A DNA stretch of 63,788 bases, filler included, from Sphacelaria rigidula (Eukaryota), in assembly GCA_964200075.2 (NCBI GenBank). It is 8 parts of 8 records of this genome, joined end to end, with 100 filler letters (N's around TTAATTAATTAA, not from the genome) between each part and the next. Parts side by side here need not be neighbours in the genome. Positions count along the whole stretch, not along the records: positions 7,988 to 15,874 come from CAXNAA020013095.1; positions 15,975 to 23,861 come from CAXNAA020013096.1; 6 more parts are not named here. The stretch is one strand, 5' to 3'. Under the pieces are notes generated by a model. The model was not told where the DNA came from, searched no databases, and worked only from the letters and a program-made list of their open reading frames with translations. Below are positions 12,389 to 23,961 of this stretch, in pieces; within the stretch, counting starts at the first letter, position 1, and each line of letters opens with the position of its first letter. The translations under genes were made by a program, and so were the position numbers.

Positions 12389-13260
12389 GGTAAATTGGTC
12401 AGAATCAGCGGGGCTGACAGCAAAAACTCATGGCGGGTGATCCGCCGGTGGGCCAGGTTCTTACAAGAGAAGAGTGTGGGCGGTATATTATTTCCAGGTG
12501 TGGTACTGTTGAAGTGATCATTAGCGATTTCGTGAAATATCGTTTTTGGTTGACAGGGATCGCCGTCCGAGGAGATCCAGATTGTGCGGGGCTGGAGTCG
12601 TCAGTTGAAGAAGTAGTGACGTCAGAAACATTTGATTTAGCTTCTTCCGTGATACTCGATAGAGCCGTCGAGCTCAAAGTCGTCACATTTTGGAGGGATT
12701 GAGGTCGAGGATTTCCGCTCGAAAGACGTGTACGTGATTATGTGCGCGCGTCCTTGGGGGCATGCTAATGGGGCTTTCTCTTTTGCCGTGATAATGGTCG
12801 GGGAATTCCCGAAACATGTTGGGATGATACTACGACTGCGTTCAGTCGGGTGGATGAGGTCAGCATCGGGGCATGACGGAGCGAAACTAGTGGGCTGCTC
12901 TCCGTAGGCAAGCTTGGCTGGTGGGTCATAGCCGAAGGTATGTTGGGGCGGTTATTATTAGAACCGACCGAAGGTAAGTCCGTGCGTATTGAAAATCGCG
13001 GGGAAGGAGCTTGATCCAGCTGATTGGGAATTACATGATCGGATGTGGTCAAGTTCAGATCAGCAACACTCGGGTCAGCTGAAAAAGTCTTGCTACTACC
13101 TGTGCGTGCGGTCGCTGAGGGAAGCCTTTGCCTCAGGGACTGGCGGTCGGTCCTCCCACACCTTAGACTTATACTCGGCACTCAAGGACCAAGTTCAGGG
13201 CCGGGTGTAGGTCTGAATCGCGGGGTGACACAACTGACACGCGGTGTGTGGAGGGATGGA

Positions 13261-13480
13261 GACGGGGGCCGGTTTGAACGGCCGTCAGTTGCGCTCCTGC
13301 ATCGTGCCGGGGGAGCCGGGCGGACAATCTTGGTCGTGGGCTCTGCGTGTTGTGTTGAAAAGTGCGTGGAGGTTGAAGACGGGGGTCGATTTGAACGGCC
13401 GTCTGTAACGCTTCTGCATAGTGCCGGGGGAGCCGGGTGAACAATCTTAGTCACGGACTCCGTGGGCTGTGTCGAAAACA
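13261..13480 (-). repeat. Two diverged copies of a 117-bp (39-codon) unit inside the gypsy gag-PR spacer
   Basis: FSTQPTESVTKIVHPAPPALCRSVTDGRSNRPPS vs FSTQHAEPTTKIVRPAPPARCRSATDGRSNRPPS. Confidence 0.9.
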
Positions 13481-13905
13481 TCTTCGCTACTGCTGTCGGC
13501 GGCGCGGAAAACCGTAGAACGCCAGCGTCGGCACGTCATGGGTCCACGCGATCCGCGTGCAGGAAAGGAGTGAAGGGAAAGAGTGAAGGTATCAGGGTTT
13601 CTAGTATCGGGGTTCGAGTTGTGTGTCAGCCCCGTCCGCTGGTGTCTATCAGGGGATCGTTTGTTGTCGCGAGAATTGTGGTCGTCCTCGCGAGGGCTTG
13701 TATTATTGTTGTTCTATCGGCGACCGCAATGAGAGCTTTTGTGGCCACGTGGATTCGAATGACTCCGAAAATTTCGATTTGGTGGGCGATAGTCGCGCAT
13801 GCCTTTTCGCCAACGGCGCGACGCGGGTTCATTGTCCTGCAATTCAGGGTTCATGAGATCAAAGGCATTGATGCATGGACTGTCGCAGTCACGCATACTG
13901 TGGCC

Positions 13906-14800
13906 TTAAACACTATAGTTGATGCAACTGTTGGCATGACTGCTGAGGGCATTGCGTCTAGCAGGAGACGAAATAAGTGGGTTCCTCAAGTGGGGATAAT
14001 CTGTAATGAATACCGTTGTTGAAGTCAAATAAACATCATCCCAAGTTTTCTCGGAAAACGGCCAACCATCAAAACTTGCGCTGAATGCACCTTTTTCACT
14101 TTGAGCATGCATAACTGAACCGGCGACCGAGTCGGAGGTCCATGAAGCGCGAGATGAACTCGAATTCCTGCCGCGAGACCCTTGGGTATGAGTGCAGGAC
14201 ACACTCGTAGGTTGTGAACGCAGAGGCGTAGAAGTTTTGCCACGTATTGCGGGCGTTAGATTACCCTCTTGGTGTACAAAAGCAGACCACATAGCATCAA
14301 CAGAGGCGTAAGGCACCTCGCGATGTGACAAAACACCCGGAAACAACGACGGCATCAGAGCCGGATACTGTCGAGCAACGCTACTGCAAAGGTAAGTCTG
14401 ACACATTGCGTCGCTCGGTCCGTTTTGGCGTCCGACACCCGTAGTACCAGAGACCAAAATATTATATTCGCGAAGATAATCCGCGAAGGGGACATCCGAT
14501 GCGACAGCAAAAGAACTCAGCTTCTGGATGGCGCTTGCTTGGTCACTCTTGTCAAAATAAACTATCAGACGCCTTTCCAGATCAGAGAGCAATACCGGGC
14601 CTGTCCCCCCTTGACACGATTCGGATCCATTTCGGCGAGGAAGCCGTCGAGGATCTGTGTTGAAGAAGCAGCGATGTAAGGAGAGCGGCGGCTGACGGAT
14701 CGATGCAATGCTTTGTGCATGGGGACTGCCAGTCGTCTACCCAATTGGGATCTTCAAAGCGTTGGGCGCCGGTTGCATCCACCAAGTGAAGGATATAGCA
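13906..14800 (-). pseudogene. Probable gag (capsid-like) region of the gypsy element
   Basis: Position upstream of PR; helical gag-like LERRLIVYF...AIQKL...FADYLREYNILV. Confidence 0.55.
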
Positions 14801-15874
14801 AACTGTACGGCGAATGGATGTGATGAGGGCAGAATTAAACTGTCCCAGATCTTCGTTATCCGCAGCAGGTATGTTTCTGATATGCTAAAGCTTTTTCACG
14901 TCCATCTGAATATACTGTCTCTGTATTGCAGCTACTCGGGCAGACTCGACTCTATCGGAAGCTGTTTCCTTAATAGATCCGGAACGTTTTTTGTCAGCCG
15001 CAGCGGTTGCTAAAGCGCGGGCTGCAGTAGAAGACAATTAACGGTCTGGTGTGTCCGAATGAGATAAACCCCAAATGCGACCAGAAACGTCGGTCAACTT
15101 AGGTATCACTTGCCTGGGTGTCGCCAAACCCGAGGGGGGCAGGTCTGTGCAACACTGGTTCCAACCTGGCACGGAAAATCCGGAAGAATTGCCTTCTGTT
15201 TTTTTCTGGGTCGAGCCGCGGTTATTATGGACCGGGCAGGTCGGTCCCGAACCGCTCGAGGAGGATCCTCTGCCGCCATGGTGGCGGCGTGGGCCTCCTC
15301 CACTGTTGTCGTCATCATCCCGCCGGTGGTTCTTCTTCTTGCCTCTGCAGTTGGTGCTCGTGGGAGTCCAGCCATCGTCGTCCTGGTCATCCTCGGCGAT
15401 GATGGCGCCGGGATCAGAGGGGAAAGCGGCACGTAGCGGCGCATAACGATCGGCGACAGTTTCGACGTAGTGCTCTGCTGGTGATCAGGGCTCTCGTCGA
15501 TGGTCATGTGCAGAACAAGTTGGCCCAGGGTGAGGGATGGTACGCCGTTGTCGGGGAAGAATCCCCCCTGGTCCACGTAAAGACCAACAACGTGGTGAAA
15601 GCTTTGCGAGACCAAGTTCCAAGCTTGGCGGTAGTAGCGTAGGTGATTGTTCCGGAGGAACGGGCCTGTATAATCGACCACGGAACGAGAAAGCCACGTT
15701 CGTTCGTGGGGCGTGAGTTGCAGGCCTGGTGTCGGGTCGGCATTGGCTATGTGTGAAAAAGAGAGGTACCTACGCAAGGTAGTGTACTGAACTCTAATGA
15801 TTACCGCACCTGTGCTCTCTGGCTTGAGGCCTTGGGACCTCGAATCAATCGGGAAGATTGATGCGGACTTTAAG

Positions 15875-15974
15875 NNNNNNNNNNNNNNNNNNNNNNNNNN
15901 NNNNNNNNNNNNNNNNNNTTAATTAATTAANNNNNNNNNNNNNNNNNNNNNNNNNNNNNNNNNNNNNNNNNNNN
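15875..15974. other. Artificial contig spacer
   Basis: 44 N + TTAATTAATTAA + 44 N. Confidence 0.99.
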
Positions 15975-16231
15975 CCGAGCGAGGACACACAAAGGACACG
16001 GGCGAGGAGCTTCCTCTCTGTCGTTGCTCCTCTTTCTGGTGATATCGTCATCGACACGCGTGTACATCGCATTCGTCGGGTGCACCTAGCCAGAACTGCC
16101 CAACTCCTCCCGCGGAGTTTTGGGGGGAAAGACTTTCCTTCTGTGTCACTGTTTGGTATTTTCCCAACGAAAGCGATTTGCGGGTTGAACCCCAGGTTTT
16201 AGTTCAACCCCAAAAATTAGGATCCGCTCTT
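15975..16231 (+). mobile_element. Dispersed repeat (family C), end of a TIR-type element
   Basis: Closely matches 48302-48561; ends ...TTAGGATCCGCTCTT (cf. GGATCGGCTGTT). Confidence 0.8.
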
Positions 16232-17106
16232 AGTTTCTGACGCTGCAAAATAAGGCCCAGATGTTTGTCATTAAGAGGCTCCCAAAGTGCAGAGCCTCAG
16301 AAAAACAAATGTGCACCCCTACCGCAGAACCACTCCCTATATACAAGCGCAGCGCATGTGTGTTACGTCGTCTGACGCACCCATCTATTCATGCCCTATT
16401 GCTTCGTGGGGCAACCCCCGCCCCCCACCCCATCGTAGCATAACTTATTGACCACAGCTGTAGTCTTGCGAGGGGCTTGGAGCTCCGGTCATCCCTCATG
16501 TATCATGCCGAGATGGACCACACACCATATATTTTGTCCGCAACGAGGACATTTGATTTTCCAATCAGGGGGTTTATTGGGGGCGGGATATAATTTTGAT
16601 ACAGGACTTTTTTTTCAAATGAAATCTCCGACTTCGTCGGGAACAAATCCCTCCGAGGAATGTGAGAACAGATTCCTTAGCCAGTCCAGTCTAGGTAATA
16701 AGTAATTCAACGAGTGACGACAGATTGCTTCGAAAATCAAGCGTCGGATTTCTTCCCCAGCATTTTGGCTTCGTGGAGAATTCAGGAAAATTCCAAATAT
16801 TCAGAAAAAAAGTAGAAACAGTTCGAAAAAACGTCCGGTGAATAATTCCCCCTAACGTTTGTTGGGTCGAACGCCCACTAACCAGAGGCGAGGACCCATT
16901 GTGAATCAGCACCATTTCACTTGGTGAACGGCTGAAATTGTGCCGATTTACAAATGAACAACCGAGTAATGCCACGATAGCTCCCCTAGGAAAATAGCTG
17001 GTTCACGGAGGAAAAAATATATATGTAAACCATACTCAAAAAGCCGAGCACACCGAGCAGCCGAAAACTTCCACGTGTGGGATCATTTTCGCCAATGTCG
17101 CCCATA

Positions 17107-17817
17107 AACAACCTGGATCCGCTTTTGAGGTTCAACATTTGGGTGAGTTTCAACATTTGCATACGTCGAACATATCATGATCTGTGTGAAACAACTAATA
17201 AAAGAAGACTCTCGAGCCCGTTGGTTCAAAAACACAAAATATGTGACAGCAGAGTCAGTAAAGCCAAAGCGCAACCTTTGCACTACTCGGCATGCTCAGC
17301 GTCCGGCACCGTAAAGAGCAAACATGGAAAAGTAGGGTCAGATGATACGGATCATGATCCGAATCAGTATACGGAGAAGAAGTAATTTTCAGACGGATCA
17401 TGATCTGTCCGACGTGTGAACATTTGGGTGAGGTTCAACTCGAAAACAGTGTTTTTCCTGACCTAAAGTCATGACCATGCAATAAATTATTTATGGACGA
17501 CGTCATACCCCCCAACCTCCTTGAACATATTTTTGGGGGTTTCCCGTCTTCCATGCTCCCAAAGTGTATAAGCAAAACCATCTTTTTGCCTCGATATCGG
17601 GGCGGAAAAGGGGACGTTTTTACCCCGAAATTGGTGCTTTCGCACATACGGTTTGGGGGCACGGAAGACGGGCAACCCCCAAAAATAGGTTGAAGGAGGT
17701 CGAGGCCATGAGTTCGCCCATATAAAATCCATCGCTCATTACTTTAGGTCAGTTAAAGAACTGTTTTCGAGTTGAACCTCACCCAAACGTTGAACCTCAA
17801 AAACGGATCCAGGCTGT
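17107..17817. mobile_element. Foldback element (family B1) interrupted by a nested MITE
   Basis: Left AACAACCTGGATCCGCTTTTGAGGTTCAAC mirrors right GTTGAACCTCAAAAACGGATCCAGGCTGT; arms complementary almost to the centre (~17600). Confidence 0.85.
17160..17418. mobile_element. 259-bp hAT-type MITE
   Basis: 26-bp TIRs (CATACGTCGAACATATCATGATCTGT vs CACACGTCGGACAGATCATGATCCGT, 4 mismatches); perfect 8-bp TSD AACATTTG at 17152-17159 and 17419-17426. Confidence 0.85.
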
Positions 17818-18092
17818 CCATATTATGAGGGACTTCGGGAAGTCTGAAACCAGCTATCATGCACTGTATGACCATTTTCTTCGTGAACGGTTTCGCGCTG
17901 GTAGAGGCGGGGGCAACGCGGCATCACGCCACCGCTCGCAATTGAAGGGTTACTCCCCTGGAAAGTGGGTCCGGTCCCAAACGAGTGGACGGGACTTTTT
18001 TCCGGACAAGATCCCCGACTTTCCAGGGGGGAAACAAATCCCCAAAACATGTGGGACCAGAAATCTTCTCGAGATCAGACAAGATATCAATT

Positions 18093-18511
18093 AATAGTGG
18101 ATTCTTAAAAATGGGATTGAAAAACAAAATGAGGTTCAACTCAAAAGCCGTGCGTTCCCTGACCAAAGTTCATGACAAAAGACTTTCATACGGACGACCT
18201 CATCCCTCCCGACCTCCCTGATTTCGGGGGATTTCTGGCCTTCCGTTTCCCCAAAGGGTATGTGCGAAAGCACGATTTCTGGGCCAAAAAATGTCATATT
18301 TTCACCCCGGAATGGGGCGAAAGGGTGTTTTCGCACATACCCTTTGGGGGAACGGAAGGCCAGAAATCCTCCCCAATATTTTTAGGGAGGTCGGGAGGAA
18401 TATGGTCGTCTGTATAAAAGTCGTTTGTCATGAATTTAGGTCAGGGAAAACACGGCTTTTGAGTTCAATGACATTTTATTTTTTCAACCCCATTTCCGAC
18501 GATCCATTGTT
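18093..18511. mobile_element. ~420-bp foldback element (family B2)
   Basis: AATAGTGGAT...GGGATTGAAAAA mirrors TTTTTCAACCCC...ATCCATTGTT; AATT on both flanks (18089-18092, 18512-18515); arms homologous to B1. Confidence 0.85.
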
Positions 18512-20784
18512 AATTCGAGACTGACTGCAAGCTACTCTACAAATCTAGCGTCGGGGAATGTTCAGCACTACTTTCTTCGAGAAAAGTTGAGATAAACTCC
18601 AATTTTTCGGCAAGGGTCGAAAAATTCTGAGGAAAACAATTGTCAATAAAACCTCTCAGTAAGCGCTCATTGGTTCAAAGATCAGATGTCCGCTTCAAGA
18701 ATATTGAAAGGCCAGCTTTGGGGGCTGGCCGCCTGGCGCACTGCCACTCCCCCCATCCTCGGCTATCGTGGCTTCTTCTCTTGCACTGCACTCCCGGTCG
18801 CCTGTGCCGGCGGGTGGTTCAGATATGCGAACTCAGCAGGAGAGGCCGGCCATTTCTTCCGTGAGAGTGCCAAGTCCCGGGTGACCTTGTCCGCCCACAT
18901 CCCTGCCGCTTCGTACGCCGTCGGCGTGTCCTCCTTCCCCGTCACGTGCAACCGGGCGGGTGGCCCGCCCTCGGTCGCCGCCTCCTCTGCGTCTATTGCG
19001 TCTCCTAGGGCGGAGCTAACGCCGTATGTCTATAATGCGAGGGTGCCTTCCCGCAAGGCTGCGAGAGATTGCTGCGCATGAGGGGCGGTGTACATGCGCC
19101 CGTTGTCCAGATGGAGCAGGGCGTGTACTGGCGTTACAATGACAATCTGGGAAACGGGGACGGTACGCCTCCACGACCGTATGTCACGATAGAGGACGCT
19201 GGAACCTGGCGAAAGCGTCGTCGGGGAGACCCAGGATATCGTACATGAAGCGGGGCAGGAGGGTAGCCGCAGTGGCACATCGACCCCTGCGTCGCAAGTG
19301 CCGGCCAAAGTTGCCATATTGCCTCAGCGGCCGGTGGTATGAGTTCATCGACTTTATGAATCCACCCGCTGGCATAAGGTTTACAAACGAGATTGAGGTA
19401 CGTGGACCCGGGGTGACACTCGTCCATACAAGGTATCTCGGACAGGCGTCGACGGTGGTCCTAGAAACTGCCGCCGCCGGGGTCGGTAGTCTGAGTGGGA
19501 GCCCCTCTGGGTATGCTAAACAAGACCTCGGATGAGTGCTCCCCGCAAAAAGGGGGGTAGTTCTCCGGAAAACGCCGGAGACTTGAATCCAACCGCCATG
19601 CCCTCACGTCACCGACGCTGGGATAATTTCGCCATCTAGGAGCTTCCGTGTCCGTCGCTGTTCTCTGCCGTGCCTCCTTGAAAGAACATTCCGAACAAGA
19701 GGCAAGCTGCTTCTTCGCTGTTATACTCATGGTCGCTCATCTCTACTTCAATCAAAGGGACTATCGTATTGCGGCTTAGGTACGTATGTTCGTACGGTTG
19801 GAGCGATGTAGCGGTTGTCCGCGCCGGTAGGGATGTGAGTACACCGGAGAATGTTTCGTGCTGACTGAATCCTCACACCGTGGGACCCCAAGTTCTGCAC
19901 GCTTAGCGTCCTTCGTTGGCCACGGGACCCGCGAATTATTTCGCTTCTCACATGGAACACACGAGATGCGCTACGCCGGTGCCACATACGGCCTGCTCTC
20001 GTAGCTGGTCACCTCATTCGTATCCTTGCGCCCGGCATGGCGTCGCGTTGGAGTTGACTCCAGCAGGTGGCGCCGCTAGCGCTGAGGGCGTCGATCTGTC
20101 TCCTGGCATACCTGCAGTGAAGGAACAAGTCCCGATACGGGGTACCGTCGTCGGCTGGTATTTGCGTGTCACATAACGCTATTCTATTGTTGCAGTGTCT
20201 TCAACTTCCCCGTGGGTTGTGACTAGCAATCTGGGCAGTCTACTCGCCCGCATTTTCGGCCCCCATCGCTTAGATGGAATTAAACAGGACCATCTGCGCC
20301 GTGAGACATCGCGCCTCCGCCGCCAACAGGACTGCGGATGTACAGTGCGGACCTATCATGACCATTTTGACGTGATCGTGTCAAGGATTGCTATCGACGA
20401 CGTGATCTGTGTGGGAGACCAAGACCTCTCCACTGGTAGGTCACGAACCTCAGTTACTCTTCTTACGAGGTGTATGGCGCGTTCCACATCATCGGGCGCC
20501 GGAGAGCGTGGCCTCCGTGTACGCAGCGGAAAGTGATATTGTTGGTGTCGGATGTGTCTCCGAGGCGTCCCCGTAGGCAACGTGGGTGTCACCAGCATGC
20601 GCTACGTAGCGAGATAGACTTCAGCCGCGCCGGGGGGGGGGCGACTCTCGCAGGAGGTAACGTCCTCCCGGCCGCTGGTGTCGCGGGGTAGCGTGGTATT
20701 CGGGTCCTCCTCGGCCGCTTCGAATGAAGCGTCTACACATCTGCCGTAGTTTACTACCAAGTATGCGGCAACGGGCGTGGGATC

Positions 20785-20925
20785 CACCGGCGCTCTGCTG
20801 GTTGAGCATGTAGGGGCACGGTTCGCTCGGGGCCGCAGCTGCGCGCAACATGCGATGTGGAGGGCGTGGCTACATCCGTCAAAACATGCGTTTGGAGGGG
20901 CATGGATCTCCAGGCACACACCGCG
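20785..20925 (-). pseudogene. Degenerate RING-H2 finger within an unclassified decayed coding-like region (~18700-23500)
   Basis: (R)GVCLEIH...GCSHALHIACC...PTCSTSRAPV fits C-x2-C...C-x-H-x2-H-x2-C...C-x2-C with first and last Cys substituted. Confidence 0.55.
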
Positions 20926-23792
20926 ATGTTCAGCCGGTTGCGGTGTACCTACCCTCGCACGCGGAGAGTCTCATGGAAAAGATTGGGACAGTGGCGACCG
21001 CTGGTATGGGAAACTTACCCGCTGTTGTAACCGACTCCAGGGGGATTTCTCCTATCGTCGCTCGGACTTCCGCAAATGCCGTCGTCGTCCTCGACGCCAC
21101 TCCCTCGTCGGCAGCACCACCATCTTTGGGCGCGGTGTGGTGACCTCACCTGGTCAGGCACGCAGTTCCAACGACCTGCACCACCTCCCCGTCGGTCACG
21201 CCGGCCCAAAAAACGTGTCGTTCCGCAGTCGCCACTAGCACCAACCGCTTCTGCACCGTCACTGAATATGCGGCTTCAGCCAGTCACGCCCACCAGCTAA
21301 CCCCTCAGCGGTACCGCAGTGGGGGGACAGCGGGGAGATCAAACCTCAGTATACCACGTTTCTGGATTGTCGCTGGCTTCGGTTACTACTGATCCCGGTC
21401 TGGAATGGCTGTTGGTTCCCGCCACGACTCCATCGCCGCCGTTGCTGGTAGGGGTGGGCACTCATGCGGTCTCTGGGATTATATCTAGCATTTCCCACCG
21501 TCCGCGATCTGATTGTCGAGAAAGAGCGTCCTTCTTGGGGAGCAACTTTATTGCCGCTAAAACACGTACCACCCTCTAGGGGCAGTATGAGGGCATCACG
21601 AGTCGCCCCGGGAGCAGGGCTTCGAGTGGTTCCAACCATACAGGCCAGGTGGTCGCGCCTGGCGTCGGTCTGATGCTGGATCTCTGCCCGCCACCGCCGC
21701 CGGTCAGGTGCTGGGCATCTCCCGTACTGACTGCGGTACTACTGTCGATAAAACCCTTGGGATGTGCCGGCCGCCCCGCCTTTCGAGATATCCTGCGAAA
21801 TGTCCGACACCGTCTGTCGTGGCGACTCTCGGCCTTCCCGTAGATTTGTTTGGTCGGAAGCGATGACCTTGACTGTCCACCTTGACAGGAATTCGATATT
21901 CTTCACAACCCGGCCAGTGCTATCGGTCATCTTTTCCCTATCATCTCCGCCTCACAGCTGGGGGAAAATATCGCTCCGACTGTTGGTATCTCTCACGGGG
22001 CTCGACGTGGGGCAGCGGTCGGGCCTCCTCGGAACCAGACCCGACGGAGGGTGCTAGGCCGTGGTTACTGCGAGGATAGAGACACCGATTTCTCCCTGCG
22101 CCTACCGGCTTCGATCTCTGCTGATATGGCTGTGTCACAATGCGCGAGAAAACTCCCATCCCTCGCGGCGAGCTGGGGGCAACTATTCAGATGTGGTTGC
22201 TGCTGGCTATGATGGCTCCTGACATGCCGATCTACAGCGGACCCGTACCTGTTGCCAACCCGGCTTGACAGGTGTCATTTTGGTGAGACTCGTCGATGTT
22301 TATGCTATCGACGGGGGCTACGTTTCGCAGGCTGTCCATTCCTCGTGTTGAGTCTTTCAAATACCGATGTCTTGATGACGTACCTCGCCGTTCACCGGTG
22401 CTCCTCCGAATCGTGTGGTAATCCGCGCCGACGTCGTGGTGTGACGCCCACGCTCCACAGACGTAATAGCCGGCGGCGGCCGCCTCGGTGTGTTACCTCC
22501 CGACTACTGTTTGCTGTACACCATCTTCCGTTCTCACCACTCCAGCTGAACGACCTTCATTTTGCAGCGCCCTCACCACTCTGCAGGACACCCTGGCCGT
22601 TCTTTTCGTTGACGTCGTGATGTGACGCCCCGCCTCAGCGCCGTTGTGGGCGCCGTCGTCGGCGAGAGCATCTGGGTCCCACCTGTCGGCAGTTGCGCCG
22701 GAGCAGTTGGCTTTAATCTTGCCACGCTTCCCCCACACTTGCGGTCATTTAGACCAGTGTAGTGGTACATCGCCCGCGGCCAACCTCTTCGGCGCGCACC
22801 ATAGCCCTCCTCTCCTGAACCAGACGCGTTTCCTATCGGGAGCCATGATCCACTGGGACCACAACGCCCCTGCTCCTCTCCATCCCAGACGAAAACCCCG
22901 CCTGTCACGCACCGTCTGCTCTTTTCCGCGCGGGGCCTGATACTACCCCCAGCGAAGGGTCGGTATGATTCACGCATCTACAGTAGAGTTCCCCACGCGA
23001 GCCGCCATACTCCTTTACAGGACAAGGGATCCGTACGAGAGTAGTGGGACGAATCAGGCTTCAAATCACAGTTTCGTATGGGAGAGGTTGATGTTCAATA
23101 CCTCGTCCTTTGGCTGCGGTGGGTGATCGTTCGCCTTGTTGAACTGGGGCCCCGTGCTGCCTCCACTGATTATCAAAATGTGGCACCACCATTTTTACCC
23201 AGTCCCGCAGCTGCTTACGTCGCCTCATGGGAGTCCTATTTCCGGGCAATCCCTACCGCCGATGCGCCGACGTGACCAATTGGCCGTAGTATTGGTCCTG
23301 CAGCACCGTCTCCCGCCGCCGCCGGAAGAATGCTGCATTGTCTTCGGTTCGCACGCAGCGTTTGGAGGGGAGCTGTGGGACCCTCTGATGCTGACACCGT
23401 GGCTTCCCTCATGTGTCTTCACACATGTACCTCCCTAGCGCGTGGCGGTGTCGTGCTCGCTCTTTCCCCTGTCCCCCGGCCACCAGTCGCTCCCATGATA
23501 TATACGTATACATGAGGAATAAAATGGCCGTATTCAATAAAATTGTATTGGCAGGGAGTCTTCGCTGCCCCGTTCAGGGGCACATTCAATACGAAAATTA
23601 GAATCAGTGAAATAGTAGCGTAGATGGTAACCGACAATAGCTTAAAAACTGTCGCAGGGACAGGGAGTGTAACGTCGATGTGCCTGGATCTAGTTACCCA
23701 TGACGCTATTCACAAAACAAATTCAAGTACACATTTGTAAAGATTACATACACACCTCAACCCAGATCCTAGAACAGAGGATTCTATAAAAT

Positions 23793-23861
23793 AACAACAA
23801 ATTGTGAGAATTGAGGTTTAACTTCGAGATGAGGCTCAAGCCTAAAACAGTGCTTTCCCCA
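23793..23861 (-). mobile_element. Terminus of foldback family A at contig end
   Basis: AACAACAAATTGTGAGAATTGAGG..., reverse complement of 31948-32017. Confidence 0.85.
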
Positions 23862-23961
23862 NNNNNNNNNNNNNNNNNNNNNNNNNNNNNNNNNNNNNNN
23901 NNNNNTTAATTAATTAANNNNNNNNNNNNNNNNNNNNNNNNNNNNNNNNNNNNNNNNNNNN
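23862..23961. other. Artificial contig spacer
   Basis: 44 N + TTAATTAATTAA + 44 N. Confidence 0.99.

Larger units (their letters stand above)
8185..15874 (-). mobile_element. Degenerate Ty3/gypsy LTR retrotransposon internal region (gag-PR-RT-RH-INT); LTRs not visible
   Basis: Domain order PR-RT-RH-INT on the minus strand; see sub-features. Confidence 0.93.

Noticed and set aside
18710..18730. GGCCAGC/GCTGGCC hairpin as a terminator or Helitron end
   Set aside because: Eukaryotic context; no CTRR|T at the proper distance.
19150..19400. Resemblance to C5 DNA-methyltransferase motifs IX/X (TLLPRFMYDILGLPDDAF ... TVPVS)
   Set aside because: Needs frame switching, lacks GN, and no FxGxG, PC, ENV or QxRxR motifs are found upstream in the right order.
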